Positions 32,281 to 46,138 of a DNA stretch of 64,000 nucleotides are shown here, piece after piece. Location: the NCBI RefSeq assembly GCF_009914755.1, contig NC_060930.1. One strand, given 5' to 3'. Position numbers and translations under genes: made by a program. Below the pieces are notes generated by a model. It was not told the DNA's origin and did not search any database. It saw only the letters and a list, made by a program, of their open reading frames with translations. The stretch's first letter is position 1, and every line of letters starts with the position of its first letter. This DNA is from the human T2T-CHM13v2.0 reference genome, Homo sapiens.

Positions 32281-32452
32281 AGAATATTTTAAAAGATGAA
32301 TTTAAAGAAGTGCTAGTAGTTTAACATTATGGGCATTCCAAAAGAGAAAAAGTTAATTGTAAATCCCATCATGTTGACTGATTCTTGTATACTGATTTCT
32401 CATCATATCTACTTATGTGTTTATAGTTATATTCATTGTGTGTATAGGATTT

Positions 32453-32768
32453 TTTTTCTTTTATCTTCTCTTTTCTTTTCCTTTTCCTTTCTTTTTTTCT
32501 GCAGGGTTTCACTGTCACCCAGGCTAGAGCTCAGTGATGCAATCACGCAATCACAGCTCACTGCAGCCTTGACCTCCAGGTCTCAGGTGATCCTCCAACC
32601 TCAGCCTACTGGGTGCGCCACTATGCTCAACCAATTTTTGTATTTCTTTTGTAGAGACAAGGTTTTGCCATGTTTCCCAGGCTGGTCTCGAACTCCTGTG
32701 TTCAAACAATCTATCTGCCTTGGCCTCCCGAAGTGCTAGGATTATAGGTGTGAGCCACTGCAGCCAAC
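32453..32768 (-). mobile_element. AluJ
   Basis: cacagctcactgcagccttgacctcc and ttgtagagacaagg. Confidence 0.9.
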
Positions 32769-33409
32769 CTATTTCTTGCTTTATACTTTAAATCATAAGC
32801 ATTTTCCACATGGTTCTCTCTATATATCTATATATATGTAGTCCTTTAAGTACAGTTTTAATGTTAGCATAATTAAGAATTTTTTATTTTTATTTTTCTA
32901 TTATTTCCATTGTATTTATTGCCAATACAGAATACTTCCTGTATGTTCTGGATGAAAGAGAAATCTGTAGGCTGCCCTAAGCAACTATCTGTAATTTATA
33001 TCTTTACTTCTATGAGAAAATGCATCCTGCATTCTACTGAAATTTTAGGCTAGAGTCTATTTCTAAAACATGAACTACTTGTACAATGGAACAAAAAAAT
33101 AAGTCTTTTCCACTCAACCTTTGGGTGCAAGTTCTAATACACTTGCTGGTCTTCATGTCTAATATACTTGCTAGAAGGACATCGACTCAGCCCTTCCACA
33201 GTAATTTCTTTTTCCCATCTTAATCACATATTATCATCCAGCAGTAATCAACACGTAACTGACCAATCCAGTTTGTTCTCCATAAGGGTTGGAATTAGTA
33301 GATCTCATCTTGACCAACTAAATTGCCTTGCCATATAAACACAGCTGAATCTCCTAGAATTCACTTGAAATAGTAAAGCAAGTTCATATTCTAAAATAAA
33401 TATGGTTGA

Positions 33410-33860
33410 GACTATGCCTCATGTATCGGAAACCACCCCAAAATGCAGTAGGCAGTTCAGGCTGGGCTCGGCTGTCCTGTTCTTTTGCTGATCCCAGCTG
33501 TGCTTGCTCATACATCTTCGGTCAGTTGGTGGCTTGGCTGGGGCTGGCTGACTTACAATTGCTGCATCAGGTCCAGGTGGGAAGATTGGTACCTCTTTCT
33601 ATAAGGTCTTTCATTTTCTAGCATGGCAGGTTATCTACATGGTGGCAGTGGCAGGGAAAATTGAGGAACTCAGAGGCCCCAAGTGTTTTGGGGGTTTGGT
33701 TTGTTTGCTTGCTGATGTCCCATTGGTCATTTCAAGCTAATGGTCACTCCACACCTCATATTTAAAAGGTGGGGAAATAGATTCTGTTTCTTGATGGGGA
33801 TATCTACAGGGGTAATTAAGAATTTTAGAACAAGAAATGTTTAGCTGTTTACCATATTAC
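33410..33860 (-). mobile_element. MLT1-type (MaLR) LTR, degraded
   Basis: ggctgggctcggctg...ttcttttgctg...ggtcagttggtggcttggctggggctggc...ctgatgtcccattggtca. Confidence 0.55.
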
Positions 33861-34622
33861 AGCCTTAGTGAGGTTGATGTGATTTTCATGGAATTGAACA
33901 AAAGAAATTATTTGGTCTAATATGTCAATATTTATTTGTGATGTTTAGAAACTGAAATTAAGGATTACAACCTGGGGAAAATGTTGACTCTAGAAATAGA
34001 TTTGTGAGTCCTCTAGTTAGAGATGACAGTTATAAGACTTGGCCAGGGGAGAAGGTTTAGAAGGGAGAAGAAAATATAAATAATGAACAGATTATTTGTT
34101 CAAGTGAATTAGCTAAATTAATTATAACTAATATTTATATATTTTTTCTGTGACTATCACTGTTACAGTATTTCCTAGAATTCAGTGCTAAGGGCATATC
34201 TGATGAATATCAATAACTTATTTCTAGTGGCAATCAATAAAGGCCAGAAAAGAACCCGTGACATGACCATAAACCAATGAGGAATTTGAAAGATTTTCCA
34301 CCTTGAGTATTTAGGAGCTCTAGCAAAATCTGTTGACTAAAAAATCTCTCAGAATAGCTGTTTGCCAGAAATTTGGCAAGTTGAGCCAGAGAGTGATTTG
34401 GTTGATAACCTGCTAATAGTGGTAGATGTTTTATGAAATAAAATAACAATGCATTTTCTTAGGGTCAAAAATAAAGATTGAGGTTGTAGCCCAGCTACTT
34501 GTTGTGACCTCTAATCCACAGTCTCTGAAGCAAAGGGAAGGATCAGTGGCTCATCCTAGTTCTTCTCTGGAAGTCCTAGATTCTAGCTGTCAGCCTTTTG
34601 GAGTTGGAACAGTGTTGTAGAG

Positions 34623-34844
34623 CAGGGGCTTCCAATCTTTTAGCTTCCCTGAGCCACATCGGAAGAAGAATTGTCTCAGGCCACACATAAAATACACTAA
34701 CACTACCGATAGCTGATGAGCTTAAAAAAAAATTGCAAAACAAACTTATAATGTTTTAAGAAAGTTTACGAATTTGTGTTGGGCCACATTCAAAGCTGTC
34801 CTGGCCTACATGTGCCCCGTGGGCCGCAGGGTTGGACAAGCTTG
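34623..34844 (+). mobile_element. MER30 (hAT-Charlie)
   Basis: caggggcttccaatcttttagcttccctg...gggttggacaagcttg. Confidence 0.88.
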
Positions 34845-34899
34845 TTGGTAGAAGTTCTGAGTTATGTCTACAAGGCATGTGGGACAGAAATGAATGAAA

Positions 34900-35142
34900 C
34901 AGTAGTTCTCAGGTGGGAGCAATTTTGTCCTCAGGGGACGTTTAGCAATTCCTGGAGGCATCTTCACTTGTCACAACTGGCAGTGGGAAGGAGGAGCTGG
35001 GGGAATGGGGGTATTGCCACTGCCATCTATTGGGTAGAAGCCAAGGATGCTGCTACATATCCTACAATGAGCAGGACAGTCCTGCCGACAAAAGGAATTA
35101 TTTTGTCTAACATGCGAATAGTGCTGAGATTGAAAAACCTTG
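34900..35142 (+). mobile_element. MER20 (hAT-Charlie)
   Basis: cagtagttctca...gggtagaagccaaggatgctgcta.atatcctacaatg...gctgagattgaaaaaccttg. Confidence 0.85.
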
Positions 35143-35179
35143 ATCAAAGTAAGAAAAAAGGTTTGTCTTTGTCATCAAC

Positions 35180-35382
35180 ATTTTATTTTTTTAAAAAACT
35201 TCAATAGCTTTAGGGGTACAAGTGGCTTTTGGTTGCATGGACAAATTGTGTAGTGGTAAAGTATGAGATTTAGTGAACATGTCGCTTGGGGAGTGTACCT
35301 TGTACCTCATATATAGTTTTTTATCCCTCATCCTCCTCCCTCCCCCATTCTGAGTCTCCAGTGTCTATTATACCACTCTGTG
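35180..35382 (-). mobile_element. Short L1 3' end (L1PB4/L1MA-like)
   Basis: caatagctttaggggtacaagtggcttttggttgcatgg...ctgagtctccagtgtctattataccactctgt. Confidence 0.75.
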
Positions 35383-36339
35383 ACATCCATAATTTAAATT
35401 GAAGTAAGAAAATGTCCTCTGAAAATTCCTTGTTTATTCTGTGACTCCATCCCTCCCTCACTCCAAAGACAAACATTCTGCCATTTTGCGAACTTCAGAA
35501 GACTAAGTCTGCTTTGTTGTTTGTGCCTGAACCATGAGGGAAAAAAATCTCTGTTGACATTTCATGGTCGAGGTACACTTTCAGCAATGAACACTCCATT
35601 TGGCTGGGCATGCGGAAGGCAGCACACCCTTCACCCCATAGAAGGGCATTTGGTGTCTCAGTATTCCTGTGCTTGTCACTGAATTTTCTGTTCTTGCTGC
35701 CGAATTTGACAGTAAAAAAAGAACTGGAGTGTTTCTAAAGAGAAGGAATTATGCAATAATTTTTAACTTTATGAAGTTTAAAGCCAATCTACATGAGAGG
35801 CCAGAAGGAAATGTGTGTTAAGCAACAAAGCTAAATTCTCAGCCAGAGCCAGAGTCTGGCTTTGAAATGCGCCTGGCATTAAGGTTTTCACCATACACCA
35901 AGAGAGAAAAATGCAAGGCCTTCTGTGGGCTGTACTTTTTGGAGCCCTAACTAGCTTATTTTGTTTGGTTTGATTTATAAATAACATCTGATATTTTGAA
36001 AAATGAAACCACAGTTCCCCCCAAGAAGGAGTTGTGTGTTAATTAAGATAATTTTTAACAGTTTAAGAAAAAGGAAAAATAATTTCTTGTTCATTCAATA
36101 TGCCCTCATGCCCACCATATGGCATAGGGGTAGGTTGACTCCCCAAAATCAGCTCACATTTTGATGGTACCCTTTTCTTTTCCCCTAGGTTTAATTTATT
36201 ATATGTGTTATAACGTGAAATTTAGAGTTCCATGAAAGGATGAATACAGCATTACACCTTGTGTATCATGTGTTGGACCATGGCATGACTTCCCAGAGGA
36301 CACTGCATTTTCCCATTCAGAATGTTCATTACAGCTTAT

Positions 36340-36492
36340 TGTAATTTTTTATTTTATGACCATCTTCATACCAGATGTTAGCTCTGCAAGATAAGAGATT
36401 ATCTTATTTGTTCACTGCTGTGTGTCCAACAACTACGCTGGATGTGGCCTCTAGCAACACCTCAGCAGATATTTGTTGAGTGAATGAATAGG
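36340..36492 (+). mobile_element. L2 3' end
   Basis: ttgttcactgctgtgtgtcca...agatatttgttgagtgaatgaat. Confidence 0.65.
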
Positions 36493-39400
36493 AGCCTGAA
36501 TAATCCAGCACACAGGTAGGTGTAGTGTGGCCATGGAGCTGCTCTCTCATCACTTTAGGAATCACTTCTTTACTCCTGAATCCCCTGGAAATGGTCCTGC
36601 AGAGGGCTCTGTTGGAACCTTGATAGAAATGAGCTCTTCAACTCATAAATCCTATACAAGTTACCATTTATGATGGAGAGTGCAGAAGATAGATAGGTTC
36701 TCAGCAGAGCATAATGGGAAATATCAGAAATGTCTCATGGGAGATGCTTTCTGGTTAAACTAGAGATGATTTTCTCCCCATCCACAGCGAGGTCCTGCCA
36801 GATTAGTGTAATTTGGTAATCCCTCATTCAGGATTACCAAATTATAATTTCCCTAACTAGATCACCTGAAACTCCAGTGTTACCTTACTTGGTTACAAAA
36901 ACTGCCTTTCACCAGTCAGGCCACCTGGATCTGACATTCAGGTGCCCAGAACAGTTTTCTTCCATACCACCAGGGCTGTTTTACTACATTGTCTACACAT
37001 TTTACAATAATGAGTAGGCACATAGATGCACAGTTCCACTGAAACTGTGAGGCTGACCATTCATCTGCACATCTTATAGAAGGTATTGAGCATGGGCCAA
37101 GGCCCAGCTGCTCCTAGCACCTCCCAGGGCCCAGCAAGGTGCTGTAAACATGGCAGGCATCACAAAAGGTAAATCTTACTACTAAGAAGCTGAGAAATCC
37201 AATGGTGTGTGTGTGTGCGTGTATGTGTGTAAGTATACAGATTTAAGTAGTGTATCTAAACTGTTCCAAATAAGTGCTATAGGAATAAGTGTTTTGAGTT
37301 GTCTGCCCATTCTGTAGCATTAAATATTTTATATTATGCAATTTGAGCAAATTATATTTCTGTTCTCCAAAGCATGTTACTTCATTAATATATAATATAA
37401 AGCTTTGTAAAATATGTGGGAATGGTGGGGTATGAGAGATTTCAGCCAGGTTGACTAGGACAGTAGGGGTTGGTGGGAGGGCAGTGGTAGGATGGTACCC
37501 AGGTTTCAAACACAGGTGACCATTGCCTTCCACTCTCGCTGCATCTTTTTTCCAAATGCGCAACAGTCAATTCATTGCCACGGGAACAACTAGGATCTGT
37601 CTTCGACATCATCTAGATCTTATTAAGTGCCTGTTTTCTCTCTCTGACTTCCAATTTGCCCTAGTTTATCTCCTTTTAGTTATAATTTATTGGCCTGACC
37701 AGCCCTAATATGTGTGAAACACTTAACATAAGGCATTTAAATTGACATCCAGTAAAGTTCCAACTGATCTTTCCAGCATCATCCCTGGCCTCTGCTTTCA
37801 CACTTCCATGCCTTGCTCATGACACTTCCTTAGGTTGGTGCATCTTTCCCTCCCTTTTCTCTCCAGTGTTGGCGCTTTGTTCACATGTCCTCTTATCTGC
37901 AAAGTCTGTCTTCTCCAAAGTTATTGTGTCTTCTAGCCTTCTAAATTATTATATACCTCACAATTGCAAAAGCACTTATCACAGTCAGCCTTGAAGAACA
38001 GTTGCAGGCATTCATTTCTCCAATAGACGGTGCGAGTTTTTTTGATGTCAAAGACTGTGCTTCCTTTATGTTTGTAATCCCACAATTAGAACCTTAGTGA
38101 ATAATGACTGGAATTGAATCGTAGCCTAAAAGGGAGGACAGAAGGAAGAAAGTGGAGCTGGATCAGAAAAATGAGAACTTGTGGCATTGATAAGACATGG
38201 AGTGAAAAACCAAAGGTTCTATGCTTTTCAATGTGGATTATCTGATATTTCTAATATTTTTTTTTACTTGAAATAAGCCTAATCATCTATGTTGGAATAG
38301 CTACCATGAACTACATCAAATGAGACTTGTGTAGCTTCTGTGAGAAGACAGGCTTAAAGGTCTGTCTCATCTGCACTATTTCTTTAAACATTCATTTAAT
38401 TTATTTGTTCCTGTAACTATCCTTGGGAGGTGGGATGGGAATTTTAAAGGTAAAGGGCTAGAGGACATAGACAAAGTCACACACCAATTAAACACCAAAT
38501 CACATGCATGATCATGTCTCATTTGTGGCCCTGACATCACAGCCTCTGCTCTGCCCTGATCATGGTCGCTGGACAGGGTGTGCCTGACAGAGAAACCCCC
38601 GATCATGACCAGGACATGTCCTTGGGAGAGGATTAATTCAGGATGTTCTTAAAAGAGCACATCTGCGATTCTGTGCTCATCATCATTATCTGTCCACATC
38701 CATCCCTCTCTCATATTAACGTGACCACATTTTCTGGATTGTTGTCACTTGTGCCAAAATCTTGCAATAAATCAGCTTTGCTTTCTCCTTTCAAGTCTAA
38801 TTCTAATTTTTTTTCCCTAAACCCAGGGTTTCTGTACACATTTTAAATTGAGGGATTGCTTCTTGCATATAGTAGCTATTCAATTATCTGGGACTTTTAT
38901 TAGCCATTGTAATGATTTTTCCCTTTTCATGGAAAGCTTTGCCCCTGTTTTCCCTATTTTCCTTGTGGCTCATTTATGGAGGCAGTTTCTGCAAGCTGGT
39001 GTAGATTGCAGGACGCTGCCCATCACTCAAGTTCCTGCTGTTCCATGGTAATTTAGTCAATATGCTTTAATGACCCTGTGAAGGATATATTTTTAATAAA
39101 ATTGCCCTCAATATTTAGCTGCTTCTGTTTTCCATGGGGCCAGCGTGCTCAGAATGTTAATCTAAACTTGTTGCCCTCTCATTATGCAATGGAAGTCAGA
39201 TGATTTCAATTTGTTATTGCCCTAAATTTTCTACCCCTGGTCTGTGTTTTAATCCGGCGAATTAATACATGCTAAGCATTGGGAGCATCAACAATTTCAA
39301 TAAGTCATTTTTATCTGCTGCATCATCCTGGCTAGATGCTCTGCCCTTAATACATCTTGTGAGTCCCAGGAGGGCATGGACACCATCAGCCCTGTAATTA

Positions 39401-40456
39401 AAATCTGCTGTGCTTTTCATGCAACAAACTGCATGAGCTTAAGGAACTGGCTCCGTTAATGTGCTTTACTTTCCTTTCATTATTTCCTGCTGTTTTCAGG
39501 GTTGATTTTGTTTTTTTTTTTTCCATATAGCTCAGTGAGTCTTTGACTATTGGTGGCCAGACATTAGGTGTGGAAAGCCTTCCTTCCAACATCTTGTGAA
39601 CATGGTCAGCATTGGCTGGGGGCCTGGGTGCAGGTATCCTCAGCTTCTGTGGACTGTTGCAGGGAGGTCTCCCTCTACATATGCTGGGCTTCCCTGAAAC
39701 ACAGGGAGTCAAGCTTCCTGCATTCCCCTGAGAATCTTGATTACCAATACTGCTAACTCAACACCCTTACGAAGACCTCACCATGGGAACTGCTCCTGCT
39801 TCCAACCGCTGCTCCGAAAAGCAGCTCTTGCTCACAGAAAACTGGGTCAAGTTTCAAACACTTCTTCCTAAACCTACCTTTGTGTACCTTATATGAACTC
39901 ACAGAGCCACGGAAGGCAGAAAGTTGATCGTCAGTCCTATAAGCAATGTTAATAATTAACCAGTGAGGACAAATATTTGCCATCATTATTTTCATATCGT
40001 AAAGTGGTGCCAGTCTTTATTGTCAATACTTAAAAAATCAAGAGCCCAGAGGGACCAAGTGGCCTCTGCTGGCCACCACCAACTCAGACTCCCCGCCCCC
40101 CGCCATGAAACATGGCACTAAAAATAAAAAACCTCAGAGTAAGAAAGCATCATGTGACAATGTCCTGAGGGCCTTTCACAGGCTCCACGGATGGTATAGT
40201 CTAATGAGAAGATTGCAAATAAGCAAACAAGTCATTTATGAGACTGATGTCTGCTCTGAAGTAAATGAAACAAGGAGATGTGATACTGAGTACTTTAGAG
40301 AGGGGGATCTGGGAATGTCTGTCTGAGGGGGCGACATCTAAGACTGGAAAGAAGCCAATCAAGCCACGTGGCAAAACAAATAGAGGAGGAGCCAAGGACA
40401 GGGCTTTTCAGCCATGGGACCACCACTGTGTACTTACAGGGGCCTGGAAGACATAG

Positions 40457-40973
<517 letters not shown>

Positions 40974-41724
40974 TGATTCTTGGATTAAGTCCCTTTAAGA
41001 ATCAAAAGACTGAGGAGCACACCTGCAATTAATACCCACCCTTGTGACTAAATATGGCAAAAAAAAATCTTTTTTACCCCCCTTTAATTGCATACATACT
41101 TGCTTTCTCTGAAGGAGCGACTGTTCCTAGGGCTGGCCTAGCTGACAGCTAAGACTGAGAGATGGGGAGAGATTTCTTGTCACATCTGACAATTGCAGTT
41201 TCCTGTATTAAGTAAATTTGCTAGGCTTCCATGCTCCTTCATGAATTGAACAGATGAGAAAAATGCTCAGAAGACTGCCCCTGGCAGGCTAAGCTGCAGG
41301 CAGGGCATGGCTGTGGGGTTTGAGATCAAGGAGCAGACACCAGCACCTTTGTGTCTGTTTTCTGCAGCAAGAAAAGTCAGAGCTAAGTGAAGAGGGAGAG
41401 AGTAGCCTCTTACCTACAAATTGAGAAGCAGTTCTTAAAATGCCACAGGCTTTTATTGATCTGTTCCCTAAAGGCTCTACAAGTAGAAAGTGAAGTTTTT
41501 AGTGGTCCTTAAAGATCTTGCAAATGTCATTGACCTATTGTCTATGTATCTTGGAAAATAAGGGGAGTAAGTAAACACCATGTAACATTCTGGAGGAAAT
41601 TGCAAGAGGGAAGAGGAAAATGCAATAAAAGAATTTCTAATTCCGTGTGGATTTGGGAAAGGGATAGGAATAGAAAATGACACTGACATTTGAGTTTCAG
41701 AAGAGGTGGAGATGGCTTTGCCTC

Positions 41725-41912
41725 GTGAGTGAGCACATGGAGTCGGATTACTTGAGTTCAACACTTGCCACCTGTATGACCTTAGGTAACATATTTAATC
41801 ATGGAGTTCTAGTTTTCTCACCAGTAAAACGGGGGCAATAATAATGACACTTATTTAGAAGGTCAACCTAGATAATTCATGTGAAGTGCCTAGCATTAAG
41901 CCTGGCATTTTT
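41725..41912 (+). mobile_element. MIR
   Basis: tgtatgaccttaggtaacatatttaa...gttttctcaccagtaaaacgggggcaataata. Confidence 0.75.
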
Positions 41913-42245
41913 AAAATGACTGCTACTAAACAACTCTTTTGAGGTTTTTGCTGTTACTGGACACACCTCCTGGAGCTGTTGAGAGATGCTGTTTCTGGCC
42001 AGTCTTGCAAGCCCTTTCCATGGGGAGAGATTAGCAGCCTTTATTTTTTACAGGATGGTCTCTACTTTGTTAGGCAACATGTGGCCACTAATGAGAAAGC
42101 AGTGGGTGGGATATAAAGAAATATTAGGTAAAGCAAATAGCAAAGGAATCATAAAAACAGGACTGCACAAATGGCATATGAAACAACAGTGAATTTCCAT
42201 ACTGTTAACCCCTTGTCTCTTCTTTCATCTCTCACCTTGTTAAAG

Positions 42246-42314
42246 GTTTTACTATGCATCACCTACACGCCAACATTTGATCTGAATGGGAGTGCCGTGC
42301 TGAAGATCGCGGAG
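42246..42314 (+). CDS. ARFGEF3: ARFGEF3 coding exon, 69 nt (exon 5): VLLCITYTPTFDLNGSAVLKIAE
   Basis: Pyrimidine tract then ttaaag|GTT; consensus donor GAG|gtgagt; phase 0-0. Lies inside ORF 42171..42365. Confidence 0.97.
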
Positions 42315-43824
42315 GTGAGTACTGCTTGTGTCTGTGCCTCCTGTTCACAGCTGCTTTATCTCTGACTGGGATAAATATTGGGGTGGAACTAAGCCCCAGC
42401 ACTGGAGTGAATCCTTCTCTGATTACTACCGTGGGGAATTTCCGCTAAGGAATTGATCTGTGGGAAGCGTGCTGTGTGGTGCGCCATCCTTAGTTGTAAT
42501 GCCATGTGTCTCAGAGCCCTGCATGCTTACGTTTGCTTCACTTGAGGCCTTCACTATGTAAATAACAGTACTGGTTCCCCTTACCCTGCTCCACCCAGGC
42601 GTATTGCTTTCTCGGTCTAATTTGCCTACAATTCATTGAAAAGCATTTGATTTAAAAAAATAGTTTTTAAGAAACCAAGTAGGAGATTTAGAGAGATGTT
42701 TATAGATTAAATCCCCTCCCCATCTTCAAAACCCTGAAGAATGCCTATTGAAATGATCATTGAAAAGCCTTCTCATTTCAATCTGTATTGCAGCCCAGAG
42801 TAATGTGTGCCTTCCAGCATGCCCAAGAATATGTCCAACAGAAAACTTGGCTTCTTGAATGCCTGGCATATGTCTTTGGCTTTTGGAAACACTATCATTT
42901 CAAAGCTGAACTTTAATATGCTTGGAATAATTTCCCTTCCATTTCTTGAAAAGAATATCTACAGGATTTGTATGTTCTGATAAGAGTATACATTCAAACC
43001 ACAAAGAGGAATGATTTTCTGAGTTCTGAAATGATGGAGAAAAAGGCTAATTATCAGCACTCATGGAGAGTACTTATATTAGCAGATACATGTGCTTTTT
43101 ATGGTATCATGTGGTATTAAACAGTGAAAATTAAGAGAAAATTATTTTTGAGCGTGTAGAAAATTTTTATGTGACTGTCAAAAGAGAAAGCAGCAGCCAA
43201 TCAGCTGACCTCTCATTACAATACAAGTCACTTTTAAAATATGGATTGATACAGATGGAAAGAACACTTTCCTTTAACACATTTGTATGTATACTCTGTA
43301 TTTGTTTTATTTGCATTTGTTTTTAATTGAATTTTAAGAGAGCCCTGTGAGCTCTTTCATTATCTGCAGGTTCACTTTTCAAAAGGCAGTGTTGTTTCTG
43401 AAAATAGCAAGAAGCAGGATTGGTGTGTAAGAGGCTTGTTAGCCCTTTGCCATGTGAAGGAAGAGAGGGGAGGTGTCAAGCCACGGCCCCTGCTGATGGA
43501 ACTGGGGGGAAGGGGAGACAAGGAGCAGAGGGTCTTCAGGAGGAGAGGGCTGCCAGGGATTGAGGCTGTTAGTATCAACAACAACCAGGTTTTGAATGAG
43601 AGTCAGAATGATTGAAAATATAATTCCTGAATAATAGGCACACACCACCAAGTTCGGCACGAGTGAAGGGTGTTCACTGAGAGTATCTGGAAGCCAAAAT
43701 AAAAAGACTCAGCAGGCCCGTCCAGATAGGATGCAACATTGAAACACTGTGGCCTCTTCCAAAATGAGGAAAGGAAAAACAACAACAACAGATCATAGCC
43801 AAAGAACAATATAATGATAAAGGC

Positions 43825-44070
43825 ATTTGAGCTTGGTGGGAGAGAAAAATGGGCTCTGGAGTCATACTGCTTAGATATGAAGCCGGCTCTACACTGCCTA
43901 GTGGTGTTGCCTCGGATACCTGTCCCAGCCTCATGTTTGCTCTCTGTAGATGAAATGATAAGTGATACTGAGCTCATAGTGTGGTTGTGCTGATTAGACA
44001 AGAAAAATACAATCCATATAAAAAGCTTTTAGTGCAAGTCCAGCCACATGGTAAATGTGAAATGTTTGCC
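43825..44070 (+). mobile_element. MIR
   Basis: gggctctggagtcatactgc...gcctcatgtttgctctctgtagatgaaatgataa. Confidence 0.7.
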
Positions 44071-44686
44071 ATTGCCACGTTTGAAATCGGGAAGCAATTT
44101 ATAAAAGCACCTTAAAATAAACCATTTAAAACTCCTGTGGAAATGTAAAGAAGGAATCTAGATGTTCTCTTCCTGCTTACTTTTGTATACATTGACTATT
44201 ACTCATGAATAGTGTTTATCCTGAAACCTGCTGATCAGGAAGTGGGATGTGTACTTAAGCATGAAAAATGAGGCTATTTCCCCAAGGTTCTGAAACTATA
44301 AAAGGATCATTAAGCTCTCAAAATGTAAATAAGAGGGCACCCTTCATTTGTGTATCTAAATTTAACTTGCTTAATTAAACTGCAATAATGAAAAGTTCTT
44401 AGAACAGCATCCTCTGTGACAGGAAGCATAAGAAATATTACCAAATATAAAAATGGACAATTATGAAATATCCAAGTGCTTTCTGTTCAATTTCATGAAA
44501 TCATTACTAAAACTCCATGTGGATGCATAGCCCTTCTCTTCATTGATTGAAAGCTGAGCCCGATTTCTGTTAATATTAACCCCAGGGTAGCAGATATGTT
44601 GAGTTTTCCAAGGAAAGTTACCTTCATATAGGAAAAAGCTGTGGGAGCAGAAATTGCCAAGGTCTTGGAGTAAAAGAAAAAGGTGG

Positions 44687-44912
44687 GGCTGGGCACGGTG
44701 GCTCATGCCTGTAATCCCAGCACTTTGGGAGGCCGAGACAGGCGGATCACCTGAGGTTGAGAGTTCGAGACCAGCCTAACCAACATGGGGAAACCCCATC
44801 TCTACTAAAAATACAAATTAGCCAGGCGTGGTGGTGCATGCCTGTAATCCCAGCTACTCGGGAGGCTGAGGCAGAATTGGTTAAACCTGGGAGGCGGAGG
44901 CTGCAGTGAGCC
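44687..44912 (+). mobile_element. AluSp-like, 3'-truncated, no tail
   Basis: The Alu stops at gcagtgagcc and non-Alu sequence follows. Confidence 0.9.
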
Positions 44913-45734
44913 TGTTCCATTGGAAAGGTTTTTTATACCTGCGGAAGGCTTCTCTGTGGGATTTCTCAAAAGCAGAAAGCCTGTTTCATAAATGAGTGTT
45001 TGCTGGTTTGATCTTATTGACTTATGGAAACTTCCAGTCTTTGATTCTGTAGCTTGCTATCAGGGTCAAGCAAAATCTGTCTCAAAGGCCATTGTTTTTT
45101 CCTCTAAGGTTCATAATTTCAGGGCATGAAAAACACCTTTTTTATTGTTATTCCTTCCATCCAGCCAGCCCTCCATTCTAATATACTGGTTAATAATAAT
45201 AGCTACTAGTCACTGAGTGCCTAAGGCATGGCAATAAGTGGCATTTTACATGTATTCTCCTTTAATTTCTGCCACAACTAGATAAAGAATACAAGCAAAG
45301 TGAAGTTTGCTTGCTCAAGTTTCTACAGCTAGATATTCAAATCCAAACTTCTAATATTGCAAACATGTACTGTTAATCACTCTGCTATATTGCTCCCTGG
45401 CTCCCCCTCAGTCTTAGAGAATGTTAGCAGAATCTTGCCATAATAATATTGGCAACCAACTGAAGTGCTTAGGAGTCTTCCACCCTTGGACCTTTACCGA
45501 GGCATTTAGTTAGATAATTGTTCTATGGTGTTTTATATATATAAAGCTCAAGTGTTTATTCATTTCATTTTTTTGTGACCATAGATTCAAGTGGCCATAG
45601 GGAATATGTCACTTTTTCCAGTATATTTCCATATGGATAGTGTATCTTTTCTGAGCATTATATATAACACATCAGAGGATGGGAGGTTTGTAATAGTTTC
45701 ACTTGTTGCCCTGGGGAGCTTGAAAAAACATTGA

Positions 45735-46138
<404 letters not shown>

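Noticed and set aside
34776-35207. 143-aa ORF
   Set aside because: It spans MER30 and MER20 fossils, begins at a non-ATG codon and has no protein signature.
43603-44001. 132-aa minus-strand ORF, a possible second antisense de novo gene
   Set aside because: Non-ATG start, partly MIR, and no recognisable product or transcript evidence.
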